Shown: piece by piece, positions 26,101-36,565 of the stretch
Layout of the letters: each line of letters begins with the position of its first letter
Numbering within the stretch: the stretch's first letter is position 1
NCBI RefSeq assembly: GCF_037042905.1
Contig: NC_087251.1
Location: forward strand, 35,218,001 to 35,282,000
DNA length: 64,000 nt
Origin: Lytechinus pictus
Taxonomy: Eukaryota
Direction of reading: 5' to 3'
Translations under genes and position numbers: made by a program
Notes under the pieces: generated by a model
Databases searched by the model: none
What the model was told of the DNA's origin: nothing
What the model saw: only the letters and a program-made list of their open reading frames with translations

Positions 26101-29100
26101 ATGTATTTAATCTCGACTAGATATCGGCAGTTGTAGTACTTTAGTGGAAAAAAGTGAACACCTTTCTTTTTTTTCATTTTGGACCTAAAATTGAAAATAT
26201 ATATCTGATAGCCCGGGCGGGAGATCTATTAGTAGAAGGACATGTGTTAACCCTAATTAAACTGGGGGGGGGGGGGGGGGGAGGGGGGGACATCGCCCTG
26301 GGAAGCGGGGGTGCCCAAAATTTTCCTTGGGGGTGCTGCGTGTGTTATTTTCCATAGGCAGCACCCTCTGGAAATCTGGTAGGTATAACGAATGACAGAA
26401 ATGTAATGAAAATGAACTACGTTTTGTAGGACTCCCCCCCCCCCCCGCTTCAGAATTTTCCTACACAGTGCTTGAATCTACCCTTTTGCAGATCGGAATA
26501 TCAAAAAATTTCCGCTCGCGCTTCGCGTTCGCATTATTTCTTTTTCATATTAAAACTAAAGTATTTAGAATGCCCTATTCTAGGTCTAAATCTAAGCACG
26601 CGCACGCATGTTTATTCAGATACGCATTTTTTTTTTTCAAAACGTATTAAAAAAATAAAGTTTAAGATCAGAATATCAAAATTTTGGTGTTAGCGCTTCG
26701 CGCTCACATTATTAATGTAAGAAGATACCCAATTACCCATCCTTTCCTGATTTACAAACCATGAATACAGTGTCCCGTTTTCGGTCTGAAATCTCAAGTT
26801 TGTTTCCGCTCGCGCTTCGCGCTCGCATCAATTGTATATTGTATAATTATATACCTATCCTGTTCATGATTAGAAAAGTGCTTAGAGAGTCCCGTTTTTA
26901 GGTCTGAAATCTCAATTTTGTTCCCGTTCGCGCTTCGCGCTCGTATATTTATATACCTATCCTGTTCATCAGTATAAAAGTTCATAGAATCTCCCGTTTC
27001 TTGGTCTGAAATCTCAATTTTGTTTGCGCTCGCATTGTATAATTATATACCTATCCTGTTCAGGATTATAAAATGCTTAGAATGTCGCGTTTTAGGTCTG
27101 AAATCTCAATTTTGTTTCCGCTCGCGCTTCACGCTCATATCTTGTTCAGGATTAAAAAATAGCCAAGAATGTCCTGTTTTTAGGTCTGAAATCTCAATTT
27201 TGTTTCCGCTCGCGCTTCGCGCTCGCATCAATTTGTACAGTTATATACCTATCCTGTTAATGATTACAAAAAGTGCTTCACACTCGCACTGTTTGATTGT
27301 TGAAATATGTATCGTCTTCATGGGTTACTGCATACAGTCCTTATAACAGGTCCCTTTTCGATCAGGCCATGAACGTTAAATATATCTGATCGTCCTCGCA
27401 GTAAGTATTTGTTACATACGCATCTTGTTCAGGATCACAAACATTGCCCAAAATGTTCAATTTTCAGGAAAAAATACATGAAATTTCCAAAAATTCTAGC
27501 TCGCGCTTTGCGCTCGCACTATTTGATATATATTTTCTTTTATAAGAATAAAGCTAAGAAGTGACTGCTTATATGTGTGTATGGGGTGTCCTTGCCTGTG
27601 TGTATATATATATATATATACGGTCACAACAATGGGAATCTCAATTGTGTCCCCCACCACCTTTTAGGAGAGATTTCAGCCCATGTCAGCACCCCCACTG
27701 AAACAATCGTTCCCAGGGCCCGGAAGGGGGGTCAATTTGACCCCCTCGACAAATTTCGCCGCTACGCCGCTGCGCAAAATATTTTGACCGCTCCGCTCTC
27801 TGAATTTATACTTTCAAACCTTTTGCATCTTTTGAGACCAAATTTGCGACGCCCGGGTACGCGGTTCCGAAATTACGCAATATTTTGTAAGCGCATGTCG
27901 GTCCCTAAATTGCTCAAAAACGTGATTACATGTACAAAGTCAATGCAAATTGTGTTCTTAAACCAATAATCATAAATGTATGATTATTTTTACTGTTGCT
28001 GGTTTAGATGGATTTATTTTATGTTATTTATGATAGCAAAAGGGTTCCCGATAAAGATCATCGAAAAAGAAAACCAAAAAAACAAAGGTTTGAAAAAACA
28101 AAGAATTACATAAGAACAAAAAAAAAACAATAAGATACATAGGAAAACCAATTATTTTCGACAATTTTTTTGTGAATTATGTTCAACAAAAATGGCATTC
28201 TACTAGCTATATAAAGTGAGTTAAAGGCCAAAACATACACAAAAGACCAAAATTAGGGCAAATTTCATACGTTTCTTTGCATAATTATTTAATAAGAAAT
28301 ATAAGCAATACATTTTTTTCAAATTTACTAAAAAGTCTTGTAGTTTACATCCGGCTCTACGCGCATGCAAATTTTTGCGGCGATCGCGCAATCAACGGCC
28401 GAGATCTGAGGGGGGGGGGGTCAAATTGACACCACTCGTATTTGTTGGTCTAAAATAGCCCAATTAAGATAGGGTTAAGTTATGGAGATTTCGCCTACTT
28501 ATCTATTGTTAATTTCATTATTTTGTCAAGTCTTTTTGATCGGAGGGAGGGGGGGGGGGGGCAAGACAAACTAAAGGTGACACTATTTTCTTCTCAAATA
28601 AATAATATAGGTGTCATAGCGTTACACGAACCAGAACTCTCCTTTTTTAGGGGGGTGGGGATGCATTTTTTCTTCCCTTCCCCTTATTTCTCTCCTTTTT
28701 ATTTCTTCACTTCTTTACATTCGTAGGGGGTGGTTGACCCTGTCCCCTCCTATGTGATATCGCCATATTGCATATGCAATTTGAATGCTCAAGCAAATGA
28801 GCTCTAGGCTCAAATGTGTAAATCTAGGATCTTTTCTTTTCATTTAATGAATTTAACAGATTCAGCCCATAGTCATCTAGAAAGTATCGTTTCAAACGGT
28901 GCAAGTGTGGCTGGAGTTGATAGTGACAATGACGATGGTGACGATGGGCTTGAAAGTCGCCCCAAAATAGCCAAAGTGAAGTGCATCCCCGCCCTCATCA
29001 ACTGGGAAATCGTACACGAGAAGATACCATGGGGTGTGCTCATTGTTGTAGGCGGAGGATTCGCCCTAGCAGATGGATGTGTAGTGAGTAAAAAGATGGC

Positions 29101-32100
29101 GATCCCCAGACACAGGGGCGGCGCTTCGGGGATAAAGGGGGGGGGGGGCAGGGAGGGCAACCACCCCTGTGAATTTTCAAGTAGTGAGAAATAAGGTAAA
29201 TGAGATTTTTTTTAAAGAAAACAAAGGAGAAAGAAGACGGGAGAAAAGGCGTGTCGAAAAAGAAAGATCTGGGTCGTGTATTACCCGGAGACTTGTATTT
29301 GTAACCCTGTTATTCAATTAAGAAGAAAACTATTACGTCACATTTAGGTCGTCTTGCTCTTGCCCCTGTCAAAAAACCTAGGCGCCGCCCCTGATTCCCT
29401 ATCTGTTCGTGTCATATTTATGAGGGTTTCATGTAGGTTTGAACGATTAGAATTTTTTACCGATGCAATGTGCGTGTTTATTGGAAAGTTTTGATTGGTG
29501 TTAATAATTCATTCTAGTTTCAACAAGTAATGAAAAAAAAAATCAACAAGGCTGGATATGTCTGCAATGATATTCCGTAAATATTTATTTGTTTTTGAAT
29601 AAATATCGGTTGTCCCATTTTTTTTTTATTCTGCCATCTTCACCTCTCCAATTTTTGGGGCAGAAGTTGCCTGTTCTTCTGTCTTTTTGATGTGTATGAA
29701 AATATTGTTTGACAAAAAAGCTTTTATTTGATAATGTTTTTGTGATAAACAACCTTCATGTGGAACATCTTTGGACATAAAATGCACTTTGAAAATGTTA
29801 TTACTCTGATATTTTAGCATCGGTTTATGCATATTAAGTTAGAAAAAAAATCAGGCTTAAGGCATTTTTTTTCACCCCCTCCCTCTTTTTCTCTTTAATC
29901 ATTTCTCTTATCCCCCCTCCCCCTCTTTTACTGGTCTGATTTTTTAGGAATCTGGTCTATCATTATGGTTAGCCGAACAGTTTGAGATCTTTTACGGGAT
30001 ACCTCCACTTGCAGTGGCTTTCATCACAGCCATTATAATCTCAGTCCTAACAGAGCTTACTGCTAATGTTGTCACCACGACCATATTTCTACCTATTGTT
30101 GCAGAGATGGCAAGTTTGATCGATTTTTTGTCAATTAATTTTATAATTTTTCTTCATGATTTCCTTTTCTACGGAAGTGCCATCGACTTGTCTAGAGGTC
30201 AAGATACGTTCATCGCCAAGTCGACTTATGAAAAGTAATATGTCAAAAGAGCGAGATATGTTATCTCGCGAAATCGACATATATATGAAAAGTTTCATGT
30301 CAATATAGCGACATACGGTAACTCCCCGTGTAAAAAAAGTAAAGGCACGCATATGGCCGCGTTGTGGCCCAGTGGAATAGTCTTCGGACTTTGAAACAGA
30401 GGGTCGTGGGTTCAAATCCCAACAATGGCGTAGTTTCCTTCAGCAAGAAATTTATCTGCATTGTGCTGCACTCGACCCGGGTTAGGTAAATGGGCATCTG
30501 GTAATTTTGATGCGCACACGCATTTTAAGGAATTTAAAATTCCTTGAAATGCGTGTGCACTGTAAATAGGTCTAATTACTACCGCCAAGCTACAGCCAGG
30601 GTAATATCCAAGTCATTCGGAAGTGCATCATAATGTGATATGCGCTATGCAAAATTTGTTTGAAAATTTTATTAGTTGTATCATTACTTGTATTATTATT
30701 TGTATTATTATTGTCATCTCGCAATGACTCTCATCGCACGCTTCTGGTAGTAAAAAATATTCTATTTACCAGATAATTTGAACAACTGGCCCAAATTACG
30801 TTACCATACGATAAGTGTAGCAATATTAATGAGTTATAAATAAGTAACAATGCACTTGAGGGTACAACAAAATTCACTCTGCTCATAATGCCAATGACTC
30901 TAGCAATCTTAGAGCATATACTATCAATATGGTTTGACCACGTTAGTTTTTCGTCAATAATCAGACCTTAAAACTGTATGCAATTTATCCTAGTAATACT
31001 ATTACATATAGCATAATTTGTTATATTCATATTCAATAAATTAATATCATATGTTGTATTTGAAGTGGTAAAATGCATATAGTTTATTTTATCTAGGTTA
31101 ACCCGTAAACCATTAACCTTAAACTAATCAAAAACCTTACTGATTTCTATGTTCATCTTATGCATTAGTAACATTAAATCATGTGCAAATATTATATATG
31201 AGAGTACTTCTGAGACAGTACGAGGATCATTAATGTATATTAGAAAAAATAGGGGCCCGAGAATCGAACCTTGCGGAATTCCACATGAAATTCGAAGTTC
31301 ACTTGAGTGGACACCATAATAATTTACAAACTGTCTTCTGTTTTTCAAGCATTCTTTAATTTGGCTTGCCTTTGTGTCGGCTTGCCCCCTATCAAACTGG
31401 TCCTCATCCTTGTGTTAACTTGTAGAACTAATTTTCTGGGCCTAATTACATGATTAAAAATATTGTGGTGCTCATCAATATAAAGATAACATTTTGTACC
31501 TCTATTCGGTATCGACAGGCCGTCGCAATGAGGATAAATCCGTTATATCTGATGCTCACTACGACTATATGTGCCTCCTTCGCCTTCATGCTTCCTGTAG
31601 CTACCCCGCCCAATGCCATAGCATTCGCCAACAAGGAAATCAAAGTCATTGATATGGTAAGACGTTTAGGACTCGTTACAATTGATTAGATAATATATTC
31701 TACGATTGGTTGCATCGATCTATGTAATAAATAGTTCAAATCTCTTGTACAATTTGTCGTTTATACCAGCTTATATTTGGCCCACGATCATCGTAGGGTA
31801 ATCGTATCTGCTAATCATGCATTCTCCTTAGGGTCGCGTAAAGCGATCGTTAGAGTTTCGTATGGATTAACGATTACCGCAGGGTCCAATATTATATATA
31901 TATTTTCCAATATCGTTGGACCCTTCCCTTTAGAAGCATCGTAGGGACATATTACGATCACCGGAGGGTCATTCTACGATCAGCGCAGGGTCATCATACG
32001 ATCTCTTTGTCTTTGTCTTTGGGCCCTTACGATGCCATAAGCACCTTTCACAATTGACGTACGACCGATTGATGTGAGGTATAGACCAATTCGAACTCAG

Positions 32101-35100
32101 AGCAATGTAATATAGCAGCCATAGCTCGGGGCTTCCAATGGGCTGTCAGCCAATCTGCAATGAGCTAGGTGCGCGTATGTATACGCGTATGTACATATCC
32201 TTTTGTTTGAATGAGAAAATAAATTAAACCTGCACCATTACAGATTCATGTAACAATTAGCCGAATTCAGTATACACCGGGGCCTAATTGTTGAGGGAGG
32301 AATGCCCTTTACCCTATTTTCTCTAGGTTTAATTTTTGCCTATATTTTCTGCCCTCTCTTTTTATTTATTCTTAACTCCTACTTTGTAACACCGAGGAAC
32401 GGTCGCATACATGCGAATGCAACGGTAGTGCAATGTTGCAAGCCGTGTTGCGATCGGTCTTGCAACAGTCTGATATGGCCTATATGCATGTATTATCGCA
32501 CTCGGTCGCAGACTGGTCTCTATAGGTCGCTAGCACATGTGCAAGTGTTGTACGACCTCCAGTCGACTAAATGCGACTACTTAATTGTGCCACCTCTCGC
32601 ATCATGTCGTACAACGTTGAACAACACTCACACGATGATCGCCCGACCGATGGTACGATCTGATGCGAGTGAATCGATCGTATTTGATCGCGTTTGGATT
32701 TTGAACATTATCAAAGATCAGATGCGACCAGTCACGACCACCTCGAGTTCGTGCGATCGTCTACAACGACTGCGAGTGCTCGCAAGACACCAAGACATCG
32801 ATTGTGCAACAACAAGAAAAAACTGTTGCAGGCGGTCGTAAATTGGTCGTACGTCAATTGTGAAAAGGGCTTAACCGATTGCATAATAGTGAGTGTCCAC
32901 GTGAGGCAATACGATCGCTCGTACGATTACATGAATCCAGTGAGACTGGTTGTTCTATTCGTACGAGCTGATGTGAGTGAATCGATCGCATTTGACCGGA
33001 TTGTTTGGATTTTTGAACATTTTCAAAGTTCAGTTTCAGTTCAGTTCAGTTTGGTTTATTTTCATTTCAACTCAAGTCAATTTAACAATAAAAGAAATCA
33101 TTACAAAGATATAAATGATACAGTATAACAATATGACATTGATAAACAAGTTCACATGCGACCAGTCACGACCACCGCTTCGGGTTTGTGCGATCGCCCA
33201 CAACAAGAGCGGATGCTCGTAAGACACCAGCGATCGACCGTGCGTCACCCCCCAAAAAAAGTTACAGGCGGTCGTAAAATCATCGGGGATCAATTAATGT
33301 GAAAGGGCCTTTCACGATGGCTGTAAATAATATAAACATAAAAATTATGCCTCCAACAACAAAAAACGTAGACTAATCCATAGTACGATGATCGCGTATC
33401 AAATGTAAACGAGGTTTAAAGATGAGTGTATTTCTCTCGATTTTATATTACCTCCTTACAAATAAAACTGTTTTTATTGACAACTTAAGCCCCTTTCACA
33501 ATTGACGTACGACCTGTTTACGACCACCTGCAACAGTTTTTTATTGTTGTTGCACGATCGATCCCTTGGGGTCTTGCGAGCACTCGCAGTCGTTGTAGAC
33601 GATCGCACAAACTCGAGGTGGTCGGAGGTGATCGTGACTGGTCGCATCTGAACTTTGAACATGTTCAAAATCCAAACGCGATCAAATACGATTGATTCAC
33701 TCGCAACAGGTCGTACCATCGGTCGGGCGATCATCGTGCGAGTGTTGTTCAACGTTGTACGACTTGGTGCGAGAGGTGGCACAACTAAGTAGTCGCATTT
33801 ACTTGACTGGAGGTCGTGCAACACTTGCACATGTGCAAGCGACCTACATGTACAGAGACCTGTCTTGCGACCGGTTGCGATAATAATATGGGCCATAAGA
33901 CTGTTGCAAGACCGATCGCAACGGCTTACAACATTGCACTACCATTTCATTCGCATGTATGCGACCGTTCCACTCGCAATCCCTCGTGCAACACTCGCAT
34001 GTGATCGCACGAGCACAATAAGAGCATATGCGACTTACTCGTGCAACGGGGTTTACTGGTTGTTTTTGTTGTACGACAGCTGTTGCAACTGTGAAAGCCT
34101 CTGTGCGATCTTATGAGATGACTAGCGATTGATGCCTGTTGCAGCCTGTCGCACGACCAAAAGGTCGCAAATGGTCGTACGTCAATTGTGAAAGGGGCTA
34201 AAGTCTTGTTGGTCTCATATGAGAAAATACTTTTTCCAATGTGAAATGATGTAAGCCTCTGATTTTATTATAATTGGTATAAGATTACTCATATTGATTA
34301 ATTAATCCCAAACATAAGATTGATTCCATAACCACGTCACATATTCGTACTGCAAGTTTTTCAATCCTGGTGGATGTTTCAGAAAGCTGTTCGGAAGTTA
34401 AGAGCAGGCGCGTACGTAGGGAGGGCATTGGCGGCGGAAGCCAAAAAATTTAGAGGGGGCCCACCTGAAAAGTTTCGATGGACACGGACAAAATTTGACA
34501 AGCCAAAAAAAAAAAGGTTATCAACCTAAATTTTGGGAGGGGATCGCGAAATTTTTTGACAAGCCCCCCCCCCCCCCCAAAAAAAAAAGAAACCGTCCCC
34601 CCACCTCAAATTTAGGGGGGACATGTCCCCCCGCCCCCCCCCCCCGCTTCCGCCGCCTATGAGGGAGGGGGGTTACAGGGGTTCACCCCCAGGGTGAAAC
34701 TCTTGGCTTGTCAAATTTTCATTCAACTCGAACCCCCCCTTCAAAATCCTGTGTACGCTACTGGTTAAGACTGACTTTAAGAGCGACTAGTGATCCTTTC
34801 TTACGCGCTAAATAATCACCAATGAAGATGTAATGGTGAATATCATTTACCACGAGAAAGGATCACCAGTTCTCATAGTTATTGTTAACTTACAAACAGT
34901 TTTATGAAACGCCCCCCAGATCAGGGACCCATAAGACAAAGCCTAGCAAATTGATCATGAATAAATTTGAATGATTAAGTACGTTAATCACAATGTACAA
35001 TCAATCGTAGCAATCAATCTTATAATTAATCACTAAGTTTTGTGTAACAGACCCTAAAATAGTGGCGTAATCGTCTCCCCAAACCTAGATGGAATAACAC

Positions 35101-35845
35101 AATTACCGTGTTTACACTTGATCGGCTTTTGGTTCAGAACCGAAAGCCGATGCAGAATCGGCTTTTGGTTTATCTTGCACTACGTTTACACGCTGTTACA
35201 TCTCGCGGTGCAGAATCGGCTCGCAAGTCAAAAACTAGATGATACGCACACCAACAATATACGTCATAATAAAGGCAACGCTGGATCCGAGCGCTTACAA
35301 TTACGTCACAATGGTAAAGTAAATGAAATGCGCACCAATTGCCGATGCAGAATCGGCTTTCTGTTTACACGTAATAAAAAAGTCGATTTTGCATCGGCTC
35401 GCGGTTCTGAACCTACTACTTTGGTGGTGCAAATTGCCGATTCTGAACCGAGAGCCGATGCAAGTTAATCGCGCTTACACGCTATGAAAAAGCCGATGCC
35501 TGCATTGGCTCGCGGTTCAGAACCGCGAGCCGATGCAAAAGCCGATTAAGTGTAAACACGGTACAAGATGGTGGACACTTCAAACATACTGCTATACGAC
35601 TATCATTTTAAACATATATTTTAGTTATTTTGGCAGTAAATCATCTTTTTAAAATGATTTTTTTTTAACAGGTAAAAACAGGCTGTCTTCTAAACTTCAC
35701 GTGCATCTGTATACTGCTTCTCTTCATGAACACGCTCGGTCTGTTGATTTTCGACATCGCACACTTTCCCGATTGGGCCAATAACACCATGAATACCATG
35801 GCAACAGATAATATCTTCCATAACTCTACATCGGTACCGTTTTGA
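9288..35845 (+). CDS. SLC13A5-like: Gene A: SLC13-family Na+/di-tricarboxylate cotransporter (NaCT/NaDC/Indy-like), 14 coding exons, about 661 aa
   Basis: join(9288-9413,10062-10327,14932-15106,16192-16242,19666-19736,20695-20874,22381-22503,23568-23654,24751-24855,25984-26087,28860-29083,29948-30109,31519-31656,35672-35845) = 1986 nt, open, phases consistent. Motifs: [71 protein letters not shown]. Orthology to a specific vertebrate paralog cannot be determined. Confidence 0.92.
10062..10327 (+). CDS. SLC13A5-like: Gene A exon 2 (MGYVAF...FGTDSKR)
   Basis: Acceptor aatag|, donor AG|gtaagg (phase 2); SLC13 N-terminal transmembrane motifs. Confidence 0.95.
11694..12355. mobile_element. PIF/Harbinger-like MITE with internal palindromes
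   Basis: TIR gaggctgttcacaccg / cggtctgaacaggctc, flanked by TTA/TTG; internal near-perfect hairpin gagatagcgcgatctagcgcgcgctagatcgcgctatctc. Confidence 0.7.
12732..13316. mobile_element. MITE with CCCGGG-terminal TIRs, 8-bp TSD
   Basis: Same family as 3795-4392; perfect TSD tgccggtc at 12724-12731 and 13317-13324. Confidence 0.85.
13861..14094. mobile_element. hAT-like MITE
   Basis: cagtggtgtaatgag...ctgtacgctagtg; TSD atgcagaa/atgcagtt (6/8 match). Confidence 0.65.
14932..15106 (+). CDS. SLC13A5-like: Gene A exon 3 ([20 protein letters not shown]...ENREYK), first SNT motif
   Basis: Acceptor ttcag|, phase 2 in; donor AAG|gtgtgg conserved in gene B. Confidence 0.9.
16192..16242 (+). CDS. 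SLC13A5-like: Gene A putative exon 4 (51 nt, [17 protein letters not shown])
   Basis: tgtag| ... |gtaagt; phase 0-0; open and conserved at 49983-50033 in gene B. Not required to keep the frame. Confidence 0.55.
17171..19017. mobile_element. Tc1/mariner-like non-autonomous element nested in the hAT-like element
   Basis: TIR cacaacaaaaaaaatgtaagtcccccctaaa versus tttaaggggggacttactttttgttgtg, in a TA-rich context; no transposase ORF. Confidence 0.7.
19022..19192. repeat. (TA)n microsatellite
   Basis: Directly visible. Confidence 0.9.
19666..19736 (+). CDS. SLC13A5-like: Gene A exon 5 (71 nt, [24 protein letters not shown])
   Basis: actag| ... AG|gtgggt; supplies the phase 0->2 shift needed between exon 3 and exon 6; conserved in gene B. 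Confidence 0.8.
20695..20874 (+). CDS. SLC13A5-like: Gene A exon 6 (EEMDS...[19 protein letters not shown]...E)
   Basis: tacag|, donor AG|gtaaag; conserved SLC13 TM5 motif. Confidence 0.93.
21110..21900 (-). mobile_element. Old LINE RT fragment shared by both paralogs, split by a MITE
   Basis: The minus strand reads [17 protein letters not shown]|...[17 protein letters not shown] (gene B copy: [32 protein letters not shown]). Confidence 0.7.
21295..21829. mobile_element. Harbinger/Tourist-like MITE shared with gene B (58615-59141)
   Basis: TIR cccccattccacaga / tctgtggaatggggg; TAA TSD visible on both sides in the gene B copy. Confidence 0.8.
22381..22503 (+). CDS. SLC13A5-like: Gene A exon 7 ([13 protein letters not shown]...[13 protein letters not shown])
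   Basis: tttcag| ... AG|gttggt; NFxxW and WxWLQ motifs; 123 nt. Confidence 0.93.
22754..22925. mobile_element. Short CWG-targeting Harbinger-like MITE shared with gene B
   Basis: gtttcataaagatgttcg / cgaacagctttatgaaac inverted ends; same family as 34370-34916. Confidence 0.6.
23568..23654 (+). CDS. SLC13A5-like: Gene A exon 8 ([28 protein letters not shown])
   Basis: tttcag| ... AG|gtatgt; YxxLGP motif. An in-frame alternative acceptor lies 6 nt upstream (tag ending 23561). Confidence 0.88.
23680..24050. repeat. Degenerate (ATTCTAT)n-type low-complexity tandem repeat
   Basis: Directly visible; explains the spurious Y/I/F-rich ORFs. Confidence 0.8.
24377..24552. repeat. Palindromic short element (Crypton-like?)
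   Basis: Arms acaaataatgcacag...tgcattggtagg / cctaccaatgca...ctgtgcatcatttgt around a ctcggccgcgcctc loop. Confidence 0.5.
24751..24855 (+). CDS. SLC13A5-like: Gene A exon 9 ([10 protein letters not shown]...[20 protein letters not shown])
   Basis: tacaag| ... GG|gtgagc; LWxTxDPxxxPGW motif. Confidence 0.9.
25278..25427. repeat. Palindromic short element, related to 24377-24552
   Basis: About 65-bp inverted arms (gtgggtcggtaggaactgtgtgcac / gtgcacacagttccactgacccac); followed by about five accggacgcatga(T)n units at 25471-25590. Confidence 0.6.
25984..26087 (+). CDS. SLC13A5-like: Gene A exon 10 ([22 protein letters not shown]...QMR)
   Basis: tttcag| ... G|gtaagc; LFxFPSxxP motif; phase 2->1. 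Confidence 0.9.
26251..28474. mobile_element. piggyBac-like non-autonomous element containing a nested hAT-like element (about 26291-27722)
   Basis: TTAA|CCCT...AGGG|TTAA with ggggtcaawttgac subterminal motifs near both ends. The nested element has gccctgggaa inverted ends and tandem cgctcgcgcttcgcgctcgc units. Confidence 0.7.
28860..29083 (+). CDS. SLC13A5-like: Gene A exon 11 (acidic loop + [30 protein letters not shown])
   Basis: aacag| ... GTA|gtgagt; PW..GGGFALA motif. Confidence 0.93.
29948..30109 (+). CDS. SLC13A5-like: Gene A exon 12 (ESGLSLW...[20 protein letters not shown]), GC donor
   Basis: tttttag| ... ATG|gcaagt; 162 nt; phase 0 is required by the next exon. Confidence 0.9.
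30354..30712 (+). mobile_element. tRNA-derived SINE with L2-type 3' tail
   Basis: A box tggcccagtgg, B box ggttcaaatcc, central tccttcagcaag...aaatgggca core; ends gcgctat...(tta)n. Confidence 0.8.
30760..31355 (-). mobile_element. LINE RT fragment (L2/CR1 clade)
   Basis: ORF 31124-31348 reads NRRQFV...[19 protein letters not shown]...FAHD; decayed continuation downstream. Confidence 0.85.
31519..31656 (+). CDS. SLC13A5-like: Gene A exon 13 ([12 protein letters not shown]...[14 protein letters not shown]...IDM)
   Basis: gacag| ... ATG|gtaaga; family signature; 138 nt. Confidence 0.95.
31764..33416. mobile_element. Harbinger-like MITE containing nested fragments of the AGCCCCTTTCACAATTG family (32040-32871 and about 32930-33310)
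   Basis: Imperfect inverted ends atttggcccacgatcatcgta / tacgatgatcgcgtatcaaat; the inner copy has gcacctttcacaattgacgtacg...cgtacgtcaattgtgaaaagggc ends. Confidence 0.55.
33488..34199. mobile_element. Harbinger-like MITE (AGCCCCTTTCACAATTGACGTACGACC TIR)
   Basis: Perfect TIR of about 27 bp with TWA-type flanks; nearly identical to 44909-46093. Confidence 0.88.
34370..34916. mobile_element. CWG-targeting MITE carrying two nested hAT-like MITEs (34405-34763 and 34426-34661)
   Basis: Outer flanks CTG/CAG; middle TSD gttaagag/gttaagac; inner perfect TSD agggaggg. Confidence 0.8.
35104..35563. mobile_element. Harbinger-like MITE
   Basis: TIR taccgtgtttacactt / aagtgtaaacacggta; internal gccgatgca repeats. 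Confidence 0.75.
35672..35845 (+). CDS. SLC13A5-like: Gene A exon 14, terminal (VKTGCLLNF...HFPDWANNT...SVPF*)
   Basis: aacag|; VKTG..N and FPDWA motifs; TGA at 35843-35845; C-terminal N-glycosylation sequons NNT and NST. Confidence 0.93.
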   Translation, partial: VKTGCLLNFTCICILLLFMNTLGLLIFDIAHFPDWANNTMNTMATDNIFHNSTSVPF

Positions 35846-35917
35846 GATGAGACCTTTTGAAGAAATTCTCGAGCTGAAAAAAGAAGAAAAAATTGTATCA
35901 GTATACTTATCTGTCAA

Positions 35918-35923
35918 AATAAA
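35918..35923 (+). terminator. Candidate polyadenylation signal of gene A (alternative at 36687-36692)
   Basis: AATAAA about 73 nt after the stop; the AT-rich context makes this weak. Confidence 0.3.
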
Positions 35924-36056
35924 TTCTTTCAAAAATCTTTATAATAGGATAATTTTCTTCGTTTTCAGTATATCCTCTTGCTTGTATTACAAATATTTTC
36001 TATAATTTGAGTGATATTACTTTTGGATGGCGTCTGTTTGTTTCGAGAGACACTAG

Positions 36057-36565
36057 CTGCCCTTTCACACGGTAAAAACAAATCGTAATTTGAATGATGA
36101 TCCCAGTAAAAAATAAGGCTAATTACGATTTTTTTAGCACGTGTGAAACCAAACTAAAACATGATTAGAATCACGAACGCTAATCACTATCACGAATTCA
36201 AATTCTACTCCGGATGTGAATTCCAGTTAAGTTTCACTCAAATTACCTTACGAATTTTGCGTGTGAAAGGCTTGAACCTCCAAAACATCTTTTTTTTTTT
36301 TTTTTTTTTTTGGGGGGGGGGGGGGAGCTTACGTGACCTTTCAAGCACTTCGATAGATAATACAATTGTCATGCACTCATTGTAGTTTGTATTTACGATG
36401 CAGTGCTTTGATTGACAAGTCACCAAGGACACACACCGCCTTCGCCCGGGAATTCGAATTTAAAATCACATTTTTCGAGCGAGCGTGTGAAAGGTCCGTT
36501 GATTCTAAAGACGATTTGCAATCATCATTACAATGGTGATTCAAGATTTACGTGTGAAAAGGCCC
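36057..36565. mobile_element. Harbinger-like MITE downstream of (or within the 3'UTR of) gene A
   Basis: ccctttcacacg / cgtgtgaaaagg inverted ends; TAG on both flanks. Confidence 0.7.

Noticed and set aside
30354..30426. Possible tRNA gene
   Set aside because: No acceptor stem; continues into a SINE core and L2-type tail.
32302..34116. ORFs conserved between 32-34 kb and 44.8-46 kb
   Set aside because: Similarity reflects copies of one MITE family; the frames are not maintained between copies.
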